Source of the DNA: Alphaproteobacteria bacterium
GTDB lineage: Bacteria > Pseudomonadota > Alphaproteobacteria > Rickettsiales > JABIRX01
Length of the DNA stretch: 64,000 nucleotides
Assembly: GCA_018667735.1 (NCBI GenBank)
Contig: JABIRX010000015.1
Coordinates: 27,569-91,568, forward strand
Reading direction: 5' to 3'
This document shows positions 38,549-47,798 of this stretch, in pieces (position 1 is the first letter of the stretch; each line of letters begins with the position of its first letter). The notes under the pieces are model-generated. The model was not told the origin of the DNA and made no database searches. It worked only from the letters and a program-made list of their open reading frames with translations. The position numbers were made by a program, and so were the translations under genes.

Positions 38549-39646
38549 TTATAAGATTTCATTAAAAAATTCGCCTAGTAAATTATCTTTAATATTTCTA
38601 GAGATAAATGACTTTCCTATACCATTTAGTAAAATAAATACTAAATGATTATTGATTGTTTTTTTGTCGCTATACATATTTTTGATAATATTTTCTTTAT
38701 TCCATGAAAACTTAATTTGGGCTAGATCTGTTTTTATACTAAGATACTCAAAGTGACTGCTAACTTTTTTTAGATCACTTTCTATACAAAATCCCAGTTT
38801 TATCGAAAATTTTAGGGCTAAAATTATACCAAGGGCAACAGCTTCTCCATGTTTTAGTAATTCACTATAATTAGTTTCTTTTTCTAGTGAGTGCGCAAAA
38901 GTGTGGCCTAGATTTAGGAGAGCTCTTTTGCCTTTTTCTTTTTCGTCTTCTGCTACTATTCTTGCTTTAGCATTACAACATGTTGAAATAATTTTGGTAA
39001 GTGTATGAATATCCTTGTTTTTGATATTTTCTTTATTTTCATCTAAAAAAGTAAAAAAATCTGCCATATCTATAAGGCCATATTTTAAAGCTTCAACATA
39101 ACCCGAATAATATTCGCGATCTGAGAGTGATAATAAAGTATTAGGGTCAATCAAAACTAATTTAGGCTGGTAAAATGAACCAATTAAGTTCTTGCCATAA
39201 TTAGTATTAATTCCTGTTTTTCCTCCAACACTACTATCTACTTGGGCTAAAAAAGTTGTAGGTATTTGGATGAAGTTAATGCCGCGCAACATAATACTTG
39301 CAACAAAACCTGATAAATCGCCTATAACACCTCCACCCAGAGCGATTATAGTAGAGTTGCGATCAGGATTGTTCTTTAAAATTTCGTTAGCTACTTTAGT
39401 TAAATTAACAAAAGATTTAAGCTGCTCTCCTGGTGCTAAAATAATATTATGCACTTCTGTTTGGCATTCAGAAATAGCTTTGCTTACATCCTCCAAATAT
39501 AATTTGGCAACATTTTGATCAGTGATAATAAAAACCTTTCCACCAATTTTCATTGATGAGAAATATTTAGTAATATTCTTTATTAAACCTGCTTCTATTA
39601 CAATATCGTAGGTGCGCTCTGCTAAATTAACTGTTACTTTTTCCAT
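38549..39646 (-). CDS. aroB: 3-dehydroquinate synthase
   Basis: ALGGGVIGDLSGFVAS, IPTTFLAQVDSSVGGKTGIN, KNLIGSFYQP and LNLGHTFAH are AroB motifs. Confidence 0.92.
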   Translation of the reverse strand: MEKVTVNLAERTYDIVIEAGLIKNITKYFSSMKIGGKVFIITDQNVAKLYLEDVSKAISECQTEVHNIILAPGEQLKSFVNLTKVANEILKNNPDRNSTIIALGGGVIGDLSGFVASIMLRGINFIQIPTTFLAQVDSSVGGKTGINTNYGKNLIGSFYQPKLVLIDPNTLLSLSDREYYSGYVEALKYGLIDMADFFTFLDENKENIKNKDIHTLTKIISTCCNAKARIVAEDEKEKGKRALLNLGHTFAHSLEKETNYSELLKHGEAVALGIILALKFSIKLGFCIESDLKKVSSHFEYLSIKTDLAQIKFSWNKENIIKNMYSDKKTINNHLVFILLNGIGKSFISRNIKDNLLGEFFNEIL

Positions 39647-40154
39647 TTATTTTATTCAAAATTTCTTTAACCAAAATGTCTATGTTATTAATATCTGTGC
39701 TTATTTTATGTTCAGCCTCTTCATATAGCTTTCTTCTTTTTGCATAAATATCTTGTAAAGTTTTAGACATATTTTGTTTATCTGCAAGCAGTGGCCTGTC
39801 TTTATCTTCTATTAATCTTGCTTCTAAAACTTTAAGGGAAGTTTCCAGATAAATAGATTTAGTCTTTTCTTTTAAAATTTTTCTATTTTCTTTATCTAAT
39901 ATTGCTCCACCACCAGTAGCTATTACTGCATTATTATTGTTGAAAATTGTTTCTTTTAAAATGTTTTTTTCTATCAAGCGAAAATATTCAGACCCTTTGT
40001 GCTGAAAAATTTTATTGATACTAAGTTTTTCCTTTTGTTCTATGAGATTGTCTAAATCTATAAAATTGAAGGAAAGATTCTGTGCAATAGCTACTCCTAA
40101 ACTACTTTTACCTGAGCCCATCATTCCTATTAAGGAAATTATGTTTTTAGCCAT
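39627..40154 (-). CDS. aroK: Shikimate kinase
   Basis: MAKNIISLIGMMGSGKSS (P-loop), ...FRLIEKNIL...ATGGG. I prefer the ATG at 40154 over the ORF-track start at 40187. Confidence 0.88.
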   Translation of the reverse strand: MAKNIISLIGMMGSGKSSLGVAIAQNLSFNFIDLDNLIEQKEKLSINKIFQHKGSEYFRLIEKNILKETIFNNNNAVIATGGGAILDKENRKILKEKTKSIYLETSLKVLEARLIEDKDRPLLADKQNMSKTLQDIYAKRRKLYEEAEHKISTDINNIDILVKEILNKINGKSNS

Positions 40155-40329
40155 AATAACTGATAAGAAATAAAACGAATAGGGCAAGTGCTTGAAAAGT
40201 AACTCTGTATCTCATCATTTTGTTGCTCGCTTCTTTGCTGCCTTTTTTATCTTTTATGGTGTGGTAAAGACCTACAAAAATAGAGACAAATGTAAGGATA
40301 ATTAAGATAATGGCTATGTTGTTAAGCAT
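40147..40329 (-). CDS. Twin-transmembrane-helix small protein (HIG1-domain type)
   Basis: 60 aa: MLNNIAIILIILTFVSIFVGLYHTIKDKKGSKEASNKMMRYRVTFQALALFVLFLISYYG. Two TM helices and the (S/N)xKxMRxRVxxQ pattern of the alphaproteobacterial and mitochondrial HIG1 family. The 132-aa ORF in the track (to 40545) is an artefactual extension running antisense into rpoZ. Confidence 0.6.
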   Translation of the reverse strand: MLNNIAIILIILTFVSIFVGLYHTIKDKKGSKEASNKMMRYRVTFQALALFVLFLISYYG

Positions 40330-40414
40330 TTTATAATATTTTAAAGATAAATATTTACTTGATATTTTATATTTTTCAATTAAAAAACTACTTCTAAATC
40401 TAAAAAAATATAAA

Positions 40415-40765
40415 ATGGCTAGAGTTACTGTAGAAGATTGCACCAAAATAATACCTAACAGATTCGAACTTGTTGTATTAGCTAGCAGAAGAGCTAGAGA
40501 CATATCATCTGGAGCTGAAATTAATGTTGAAAGAAATAATGACAAAGATGCAGTAGTTTCACTAAGAGAAGTAGCAGACGGTCATTTAGCTAAAGAATAT
40601 TTGCTGGAAGAAGTGGTTTCATCATACCAGAATAACACTCAATATGTCGCTGAGCAAGTGAATGTTGAGGTAAAATCATTAGAAGGAGATGAAGCGAAAA
40701 AAGTAAATGAAGTAAAAGATGCAAATGCAATATTTGCTGCAGACAATTTAGTCATAGAAGATTAA
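40415..40765 (+). CDS. rpoZ: DNA-directed RNA polymerase omega subunit
   Basis: MARVTVEDCTKIIPNRFELVVLASRRARDI is the canonical RpoZ N terminus. Confidence 0.9.
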   Translation: MARVTVEDCTKIIPNRFELVVLASRRARDISSGAEINVERNNDKDAVVSLREVADGHLAKEYLLEEVVSSYQNNTQYVAEQVNVEVKSLEGDEAKKVNEVKDANAIFAADNLVIED

Positions 40766-40834
40766 AGTCAATTTATTATTAGCAAAATTTTTTTACCTGT
40801 AATATATATAGGCTATATATTTAATTGCGGAAGT

Positions 40835-42994
40835 ATGGACGAAGAGTTTCAGTTAATAAAAAAAGTACAAAGCTACAACCCATCCTGCGATAAAGAAAGG
40901 TTAACAAAAGCTATAGAGTTTGCAAAATCAGCGCACTCTGCGCAAATTAGAGCTTCTGGTGAGCCTTATTTTATACACCCGCTTGCAGTAGCTAATATAT
41001 TAGCTGACCTTACTCTTGATGATGATTCAATTATTACTGGTTTGTTGCATGATACTGTAGAAGATACCTTGGTGACTCAACAAATGATAGAAAAAGAGTT
41101 TGGAGTTAATGTTGCAAAATTAGTCATAGGCGTAACAAAGTTAAATAAAATTGAATATCAGCCTGAGAATGTGAGGCAGGCGGAAAACTTTAGAAAGTTA
41201 TTATTAGCTATGTCTGAAGATATAAGGATTCTGCTAGTTAAAATATGTGATCGCTTACATAATATGAGAACAATATCTCATATAAAATCTAAATTAAAAA
41301 GAGTGAGAATTGCAAGAGAAACCTTAGAAATATATGCTCCATTAACAGAGAGAATAGGTGTACATAAGTTAAAAGATGAGCTGGAAGATTTATCTTTTCA
41401 GGAGATTAATTTAGAAGTGCGAGATTCTATTATACAAAGATTAGAATTTTTAAGGGCCCAAGGAGATAGTAATATAATTGAAAGAATAGTTGGGGATTTA
41501 CGGGCTTTATTAATAGAGAAAAAGATAGATTGTAATATCTATGGTCGTACTAAGAAACCATATTCTATCTGGCAAAAAATGAAGACAAAAAATATCAGTT
41601 TTGAGCAATTATCTGATATTATGGCTTTTAGGGTAGTGGTTGATAGAATAGATGAGTGTTACAAGATATTAGGTTCGGTTCATGCAGTTTACCCTAGTAT
41701 TCCTGGTAGCTTTAAAGATTATATTTCAACTCCAAAAGAAAATAATTACAAATCTTTGCATACTACAGTCATAGGTCCTGAAAAACAAAAAATAGAAATT
41801 CAAATTAGGACTAAAAAAATGCATCAAATAGCAGAATATGGTATTGCTGCTCACTGGTCATATAAGCAAAACTCAAATAACCATGGTTCAAGTGAAAAGC
41901 AATATCGCTGGATTAACGAATTATTACACATATTAGAAAATAGCTCTGGGCCAGAAGAGTTTATTCAAAACACTAGGCTTGAAATGTACCAGGATCAGGT
42001 TTTCTGTTTTAGTCCTAAGGGAGATTTGATAGCTTTACCACAAGGTTCTACATCTGTAGATTTTGCATATGCTGTTCATTCTGACATAGGAAACACATGT
42101 ATGGGTGCAAAAATTAACGGTATAATAGCGCCGCTTAGGACAATTTTAAAGAATGGTGATCAAGTTGAAGTTATATGTTCTAATAATCAAAGCCCTTCTG
42201 AAATGTGGGACGAGTTTGTTGTAACAGGTAAGGCAAAAAGTCAAATTAGAAAATTTATTCGTTCTAAAAAAAGAGTGCGCTATTTAGAAATGGGCAGAAA
42301 TAGTTTAAGTAAATTTTTTCATGACCATAACTCACTATTTAATGACCAATTAATTACAAAAATTTTACATGTTTTCTCAAAAGACACATTAGAAGATTTG
42401 TTTATTTCTGTTGGTGAGGGATTAATTCCAAAAGAAGATATATTCAAAGCTTGTTATCCTGACTATAAATCTAAAAAAGAAATTTCAAAGATAAGAAAGT
42501 TCTTTAGTAGAAAATCTAAAGAAAAGAGAAAGAGTAATATATATGACAATAATGATCATAAGATAAGAGGCTTAATTCCAGGTTTGTCAGTTAATTTTGC
42601 TGGATGTTGTCACCCTATACCAGGCGATAATATAATGGGAATAGTGTATGTAGGTAAAGGAATTACAATACATAATAATAAATGCAAAAACATAAAGAAA
42701 ATTGATAATAAAGAAAATTTTATTAAGCTGTTTTGGGTTGATAACATAGAATCTAGTAAATTTTACACAGGAAGATTACAAATAGTTATAGAAAATAGTT
42801 TTAGTGCAATTTCGATTTTAACCAAAGAAATTGATAGTCAAAATATTAATATTACTAATTTTAAAATTCTTCACAAGACTGAGTCTTATTTTGAGTTAAT
42901 AGTAGATTTAGATGTTAATAATTCACAAGATTTGATGAATCTTAAAGCATATTTAAGATCATCTAAAATTATTTTCTCTGTTACAAGAGTTTAA
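40835..42994 (+). CDS. spoT: Bifunctional (p)ppGpp synthetase/hydrolase (long RSH, SpoT/Rel)
   Basis: 719 aa. HD hydrolase (HPLAVANILA...GLLHDTVEDT), synthetase (GRTKKPYSIWQKM...FRVVV...YKSLHTTV.G...EIQIRT..MH..AEYGIAAHW), and TGS and ACT-like C-terminal regions are all present. Confidence 0.93.
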   Translation: MDEEFQLIKKVQSYNPSCDKERLTKAIEFAKSAHSAQIRASGEPYFIHPLAVANILADLTLDDDSIITGLLHDTVEDTLVTQQMIEKEFGVNVAKLVIGVTKLNKIEYQPENVRQAENFRKLLLAMSEDIRILLVKICDRLHNMRTISHIKSKLKRVRIARETLEIYAPLTERIGVHKLKDELEDLSFQEINLEVRDSIIQRLEFLRAQGDSNIIERIVGDLRALLIEKKIDCNIYGRTKKPYSIWQKMKTKNISFEQLSDIMAFRVVVDRIDECYKILGSVHAVYPSIPGSFKDYISTPKENNYKSLHTTVIGPEKQKIEIQIRTKKMHQIAEYGIAAHWSYKQNSNNHGSSEKQYRWINELLHILENSSGPEEFIQNTRLEMYQDQVFCFSPKGDLIALPQGSTSVDFAYAVHSDIGNTCMGAKINGIIAPLRTILKNGDQVEVICSNNQSPSEMWDEFVVTGKAKSQIRKFIRSKKRVRYLEMGRNSLSKFFHDHNSLFNDQLITKILHVFSKDTLEDLFISVGEGLIPKEDIFKACYPDYKSKKEISKIRKFFSRKSKEKRKSNIYDNNDHKIRGLIPGLSVNFAGCCHPIPGDNIMGIVYVGKGITIHNNKCKNIKKIDNKENFIKLFWVDNIESSKFYTGRLQIVIENSFSAISILTKEIDSQNINITNFKILHKTESYFELIVDLDVNNSQDLMNLKAYLRSSKIIFSVTRV

Positions 42995-43015
42995 ACAATA
43001 TAATTAGGTATAAAT

Positions 43016-43744
43016 ATGAAAAAACATTTAAGACTAGGCGTCAATATAGATCATGTTGCAACTATTAGAAATGCAAGGGGTGGTAAACATCCAAGCCCAC
43101 TAAATGCTGCATTATTAGCAGAAAAATCTGGTGCAGATGGTATTACAGCCCATTTGAGGGAAGATAGAAGGCATATTTCAGATGAAGATATATATGCTCT
43201 TAAAAACAGTTTAGCTGTACCGCTTAATCTTGAAATGGCAGTAACTAATGAGATGCTGGACATAGCTTTAAAAACATTACCAAATGCAGTATGCTTAGTG
43301 CCAGAAAAACGCAAAGAAATTACAACAGAAGGCGGCTTAAATATTAAAAACATTCCTCATTTAGATAAGTTCATAAATAAGCTAAAGAAAAAGAATATTA
43401 GAATTTCTTTGTTTTTAGAGCCAAATATTGAGGATGTAATTTTGGCTAAAAAGCTAGAGGCTGATATAATAGAGTTTCATACTGGTAAATATTGTAATTT
43501 AGATATTATAAATAGGGAGTCTGAGTATGACCGCATTGTAAATGCAATAACTTATGCTGATAAGCTAGGCATAGAGAGTCATGCAGGTCATGGCTTAGAT
43601 TATCAGACAACCGCAGAAATAGCAAAAATCTCAGAACTTGCAGAGCTTAATATAGGGCATTTTTTAATTGGTGAGTCAATATTATGTGGCTTGGAAAATG
43701 CTATTCATAAAATGAAAGAAGTTATAAATAAGGCAAGAACATGA
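43016..43744 (+). CDS. pdxJ: Pyridoxine 5'-phosphate synthase
   Basis: LGVNIDHVATIRNARGG..P, GITAHLREDRRHI, NLEMA and EFHTG are PdxJ motifs. Confidence 0.95.
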   Translation: MKKHLRLGVNIDHVATIRNARGGKHPSPLNAALLAEKSGADGITAHLREDRRHISDEDIYALKNSLAVPLNLEMAVTNEMLDIALKTLPNAVCLVPEKRKEITTEGGLNIKNIPHLDKFINKLKKKNIRISLFLEPNIEDVILAKKLEADIIEFHTGKYCNLDIINRESEYDRIVNAITYADKLGIESHAGHGLDYQTTAEIAKISELAELNIGHFLIGESILCGLENAIHKMKEVINKART

Positions 43745-44124
43745 TCTATGGAATAGGTGTAGATATTCTTAAAATAGAACGCATAGTCAATTTATATGAT
43801 AAATTTCAAAGTAAATTTATAACAAAAATATTATCTGATAGTGAATATGTTATATTCAAAAAATTTAATAATATAGAAAAGCAAAATTCTTACTTAGCAA
43901 AAAGATTTGCGGCAAAGGAAGCTTTTGTTAAAGCTCTTGGTACAGGTTTTCGTGATAAATTGACTATGCCTAATATTTCGGTCATAAATAATAGCTATGG
44001 TAAACCAGAAATTTTCTTATCTAAAGAGGTTAGTGAAATTATACCACAGAATTTATGTTTTTTTCTATCACTCTCAGATGAAAAAGAATATGTAGTTGCA
44101 TATGTTGTAATAGAGCGGAATTAA
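43741..44124 (+). CDS. acpS: Holo-[acyl-carrier-protein] synthase
   Basis: MIYGIGVDILKIERI...LAKRFAAKEAFVKALGTG...SLSDEKEY. It overlaps pdxJ by 4 nt, and the pdxJ-acpS order is typical. Confidence 0.9.
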   Translation: MIYGIGVDILKIERIVNLYDKFQSKFITKILSDSEYVIFKKFNNIEKQNSYLAKRFAAKEAFVKALGTGFRDKLTMPNISVINNSYGKPEIFLSKEVSEIIPQNLCFFLSLSDEKEYVVAYVVIERN

Positions 44125-44170
44125 TTCTTGCTTTTAGCTTTGTTTTTATTATAAATATTATCTTCTAAAT

Positions 44171-44247
44171 GGCGGGGTAGCTCAGGTGGTTAGAGCAGAG
44201 GAATCATAATCCTTGTGTCGGGGGTTCAAGTCCCTCCCTCGCTACCA
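44171..44247 (+). tRNA. tRNA with CAU anticodon (elongator Met or lysidine-modified Ile2; not initiator-like), CCA encoded
   Basis: ggcggggtagctcaggtggttagagcagaggaATCATAAtccttgtgtcgggggttcaagtccctccctcgctacca. My hand fold is a 77-nt cloverleaf in which 1:72 is a G.U pair. It lacks the three consecutive G:C pairs in the anticodon stem that mark initiator tRNA. Confidence 0.8.
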
Positions 44248-44251
44248 ATAT

Positions 44252-45046
44252 TTAGAGGTATAATATGATTATAAAGCCAAGTATTATACGATAAATACCA
44301 AATGGTTTGAAACCATATTTCTTAATCATTTCAATAAAAAACGCTACGACAAATAGAGCAATAACAAAAGAAGTGGCAAATCCAATGGCAATAATATTAA
44401 GATGTTCTAAACTTAGTAATTTATAATTTTTAACTAAATCATAAAGACTAGCTGCTAGAATTGTAGGTATAGCAAGAAAGAATGAAAATTCTGCAGCTGT
44501 AGCTCTAGAAAGTCCGGCGCACATGCCACCAATAATAGTGCTTCCAGATCTGGACATACCAGGTATCATGGCGAGGCATTGAAATAAGCCAATTGATAAA
44601 GCTTGTTTTTTAGAAATATTATAAATATTTCTGGTATGTAATTTGAGCTTCATATAATCAATTACGATCATAATGACGCCACCAAAAATAAGTGATATTG
44701 CCACGATATGGCTATTAAATAAATAGGTTTTTATTAAATTATGAGTTAGTAAACCTATTATCGCTGCTGGTAAAAATGCGATAAATAGATTTATAACAAG
44801 ATCTTGTTCTTTGGATTTATGATAAAAATTAAAGAAAATATCTTTAATTTTTTGTTTATAAAATACAATAACAGCTAAGATGGCACCAAATTGTATTGAG
44901 GTTTCAAAGATCATATCTGGAACATGATTAAATTTGAGCTGCTCGCCTATTAATATTAAATGTCCAGTGGAGGATACTGGTAAATACTCAGTTAAACCTT
45001 CAATAACACCTAGTAATATGGCTTTAAAAATTACAATTATATCCAT
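44252..45046 (-). CDS. uppP: Undecaprenyl-diphosphate phosphatase
   Basis: GVIEGLTEYLPVSSTGHL, PGMSRSGSTI and FSFFLAIP are UppP/BacA motifs. Confidence 0.93.
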   Translation of the reverse strand: MDIIVIFKAILLGVIEGLTEYLPVSSTGHLILIGEQLKFNHVPDMIFETSIQFGAILAVIVFYKQKIKDIFFNFYHKSKEQDLVINLFIAFLPAAIIGLLTHNLIKTYLFNSHIVAISLIFGGVIMIVIDYMKLKLHTRNIYNISKKQALSIGLFQCLAMIPGMSRSGSTIIGGMCAGLSRATAAEFSFFLAIPTILAASLYDLVKNYKLLSLEHLNIIAIGFATSFVIALFVVAFFIEMIKKYGFKPFGIYRIILGFIIILYL

Positions 45047-45061
45047 GCTTTTTTAAATAGT

Positions 45062-45148
45062 TGGTGCTCCTGGCCAGACTTGAACTGGCACGTTCATAAG
45101 AACAATAGATTTTGAGTCTACCGCGTCTACCAATTCCACCACAGGAGC
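45062..45148 (-). tRNA. tRNA-Leu (anticodon CAA), long variable arm, CCA encoded
   Basis: The reverse complement is gctcctgtggtggaattggtagacgcggtagaCTCAAAAtctattgttcttatgaacgtgccagttcaagtctggccaggagcacca. It is an 87-nt class II tRNA. Confidence 0.9.
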
Positions 45149-45158
45149 AAGTAAATAA

Positions 45159-45235
45159 TGGGGCGAGCGATCGGTCTTGAACCGACGACCTACAGAACCA
45201 CAACCTGTTGCTCTACCAGCTGAGCTACGCCCGCC
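45159..45235 (-). tRNA. tRNA-His (anticodon GUG) with genomically encoded G-1 opposite C73, CCA encoded
   Basis: The reverse complement is g-gcgggcg-ta-gctc...acaggTTGTGGTtctgt...cgctcgc-c-cca. In my hand fold the acceptor stem is preceded by an extra G that pairs with C73. Confidence 0.9.
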
Positions 45236-45338
45236 ACAATATTCGATGCATACTATAGATAAAATTACACAAGGTCAATATTTTGATTGCCATATATTAA
45301 AAATATGAAATTATTTAATAAATTTTATAGTTTTAAAT

Positions 45339-46520
45339 ATGACTGGAGTAACTTTTTCTGCTTGTTCAGCAGGAATAAAGAATAATGGCGCAAAAGATTT
45401 AATGCTTGCAATATTACCTAAAAACACAACATATGCTGCGGCTTTCTCTACATCTTATATAGTATCACCCACACTAGATTGGGATAAGGCTGTTTTATTG
45501 AAAAAGACACTACCCAGAGCTTTGATTGTAAATTCAGGTAATGCAAATAGTTTTACAGGCAAGCACGGTAAAGAGGCAGTCTTAAATATCACTAAAGCAG
45601 TAGCAGAAGAATTTGCAATAAAACAAGATGAGGTTTTAATTTCTTCTACTGGAGTGATAGGCGAGAAGTTACCCTACAAAAAAATTATAAATAAGCTAGA
45701 TTACTTAAAAGAAAATCTTAGCGAGGCTAATTTAAGCTTGGCAAGTGAGGCAATATTAACGACTGACAGTGCAGCAAAAACAGCTGAAATTACCTCAGAA
45801 ATTGCAGGAACAAAAGTAAAGATAGAAGCGATTGCTAAAGGAGCAGGTATGGCAGCTCCGAACATGGCAACAGTACTTGCTTATTTTTTTACTGATGCAA
45901 AGATTGAGAATGATATATTACAAAAAATATTTAGTGAGAATATAGAAAAGACCTTCAATGCATTTACAATTGATGGGGATATGTCAACTAATGACACAGC
46001 TATGATTTTTGCTACAGGTAAGGCCGAAAATAAAAAGGTAAATTTAGAAGAATTAACACAGTTTAAGCAAGATTTATTGAGTTTAATGGCGCAAATTTGC
46101 AATGAAATAGTTGCAAAAGGTGAGGGAGTAACAAAAACTGCAAAAATTCACGTTAAAGGAGCAAAATCAGTTTCTGCTGCTAAAAATGTAGCAATGTCTA
46201 TTGCTAACTCCCCCTTAGTCAAGACTGCATTAAATGGTGAAGATCCAAATTGGGGTAGAATCGTAATGGCTGTGGGTAAAGCTAAAGAGGAGCTTGATTT
46301 GGAGAAGTTTTGTTTGAATATAGGTGGTACTAACATAGTTTTAAATGGTGAATTAAACCCAGTATATGATGAAGCAACTTCAACCTCTCTTTATATGAAA
46401 GAAAGTTTAGTAAATATCTATGTGGATTTAGGTTTAGCAGAGAGAGAAAATCAATTCATAGCTACGACCTCAGATTTATCAAAAGGATATATAGAAATAA
46501 ATGCAGATTACAGAAGTTAG
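45339..46520 (+). CDS. argJ: Bifunctional glutamate N-acetyltransferase / amino-acid acetyltransferase
   Basis: SAGIKNNGAKDLML, AKGAGMAAPNMATVLAYFFTDA (the autoprocessing Thr context), DGDMSTNDT, and the C-terminal YIEINADYRS typical of ArgJ. Confidence 0.92.
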   Translation: MTGVTFSACSAGIKNNGAKDLMLAILPKNTTYAAAFSTSYIVSPTLDWDKAVLLKKTLPRALIVNSGNANSFTGKHGKEAVLNITKAVAEEFAIKQDEVLISSTGVIGEKLPYKKIINKLDYLKENLSEANLSLASEAILTTDSAAKTAEITSEIAGTKVKIEAIAKGAGMAAPNMATVLAYFFTDAKIENDILQKIFSENIEKTFNAFTIDGDMSTNDTAMIFATGKAENKKVNLEELTQFKQDLLSLMAQICNEIVAKGEGVTKTAKIHVKGAKSVSAAKNVAMSIANSPLVKTALNGEDPNWGRIVMAVGKAKEELDLEKFCLNIGGTNIVLNGELNPVYDEATSTSLYMKESLVNIYVDLGLAERENQFIATTSDLSKGYIEINADYRS

Positions 46521-46579
46521 TCAATTTTCTTATTTACTTGACTAGTATATAGAATTAATATTATATTTACCTGCAATTG

Positions 46580-46653
46580 GGCCGGGTAGCAAAGTGGTAA
46601 TGCAGGGGACTGCAAATCCTCTATCGGCAGTTCGATTCTGCCTCCGGCCTCCA
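46580..46653 (+). tRNA. tRNA-Cys (anticodon GCA), CCA encoded
   Basis: ggccgggtagcaaagtggtaatgcaggggaCTGCAAAtcctctatcggcagttcgattctgcctccggcctcca, a 74-nt cloverleaf in my hand fold. Confidence 0.9.
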
Positions 46654-46673
46654 TTTATTTTATTTATTTAAAT

Positions 46674-47369
46674 ATGCCTACAGCTAAAGAAAACCTAATA
46701 GTAGCTCTTGATACCCCGGAATTAGAGCAAGCTATTAAATGGTCAAAGCAGCTAAGTGGAAAAGTAGCTGCTGTGAAGTTAGGCTTAGAATTTTTTGTCG
46801 CAAATGGGCCAGAAGCCATAGCTGCAATTAAAGATCAGGGCGTAGAAATATTTTTAGATTTGAAATTTCACGATATTCCAAACACCACAAAAGAAGCAGT
46901 TAAACAATCTTTAAATTTAGGAGTAAAATTTTTAACCATCCACATAAGTGGTGGAAGAGAAATGTTAGAGTGGTCCGCAAATCTAGCAAAAGATAGTAAT
47001 GCTATGATTTTAGGCGTTTCAATTTTAACTTCCATGAATCAGCCACAATTTAATGAACTTGGTTTCTTAGGTGAAATAAAAGATCAAGTATTAAAATTTG
47101 CTAAATTAGCTGAAGATTCTGGTTTGCAGGGCATGGTTTGCTCTCCACTGGAAGTAAAGCTTCTAAAAGAAAATGGTTTAAAATTAAAATTAATAACTCC
47201 TGGAATTAGATTTGATTCTGATGATAAAGGCGATCAAAAAAGAATAATGACCCCTAAAATGGCTTTAATAAGTGGTAGTGATTATTTGGTTATGGGAAGA
47301 TCTATAACAAAGGCAGGAAGTTCAATATTGGAAAGGGTCGAATATTTTGATTCATCTCTAGTAAGTTAA
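46674..47369 (+). CDS. pyrF: Orotidine 5'-phosphate decarboxylase
   Basis: LIVALDT, VKLGLEFF, IFLDLKFHDIPNT, PGIR and YLVMGRSI are PyrF motifs. Confidence 0.92.
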   Translation: MPTAKENLIVALDTPELEQAIKWSKQLSGKVAAVKLGLEFFVANGPEAIAAIKDQGVEIFLDLKFHDIPNTTKEAVKQSLNLGVKFLTIHISGGREMLEWSANLAKDSNAMILGVSILTSMNQPQFNELGFLGEIKDQVLKFAKLAEDSGLQGMVCSPLEVKLLKENGLKLKLITPGIRFDSDDKGDQKRIMTPKMALISGSDYLVMGRSITKAGSSILERVEYFDSSLVS

Positions 47370-47423
47370 AGCCTAGCTATTATGATAATTTTGCATGATA
47401 AGAATATTAAGATTAGGTAATAT

Positions 47424-47798
47424 ATGCTATATGATAAAAATAACATTTTTGCTAAAATTATAAGAGGGGAGTTACCTTGTGCTAAAATTTTTGAAGATGA
47501 AAAAGTTTTAGCTTTCAATGATATTAATCCTGCGGCAAGTAAGCATATTTTGGTTGTACCTAAGGGTGAATATATTTCTTTTGATGATTTTATCCATAAA
47601 GCAGATGATTTTGAGGTAGTTCATTTTTTTAAAATAGTTAGAAAAATCACTCATGATTACAACATGATCGATGCAGGTTATAGAATAATATCAAATCATG
47701 GTAAAGATGCATCCCAGACAGTAGATCATTTTCATATACATATACTTGCGGGAGAAAGGCTTGGTGGTTTGCTTGCAGGAGATAATCATGCTAGATAA
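47424..47798 (+). CDS. HIT-family (HINT-like) nucleotide hydrolase
   Basis: NIFAKIIRGELPCAKIFEDEKVLAFNDINPAASKHILVVPK plus the histidine triad HFHIHIL. Confidence 0.88.
   Translation: MLYDKNNIFAKIIRGELPCAKIFEDEKVLAFNDINPAASKHILVVPKGEYISFDDFIHKADDFEVVHFFKIVRKITHDYNMIDAGYRIISNHGKDASQTVDHFHIHILAGERLGGLLAGDNHAR

Noticed and set aside
40330-40545. N-terminal 72 codons of the 132-aa minus-strand ORF 40147..40545
   Set aside because: This part runs antisense across the rpoZ start and has a low-complexity product. Only the last 60 codons, from the ATG at 40329, look like a real twin-TM HIG1-type protein.
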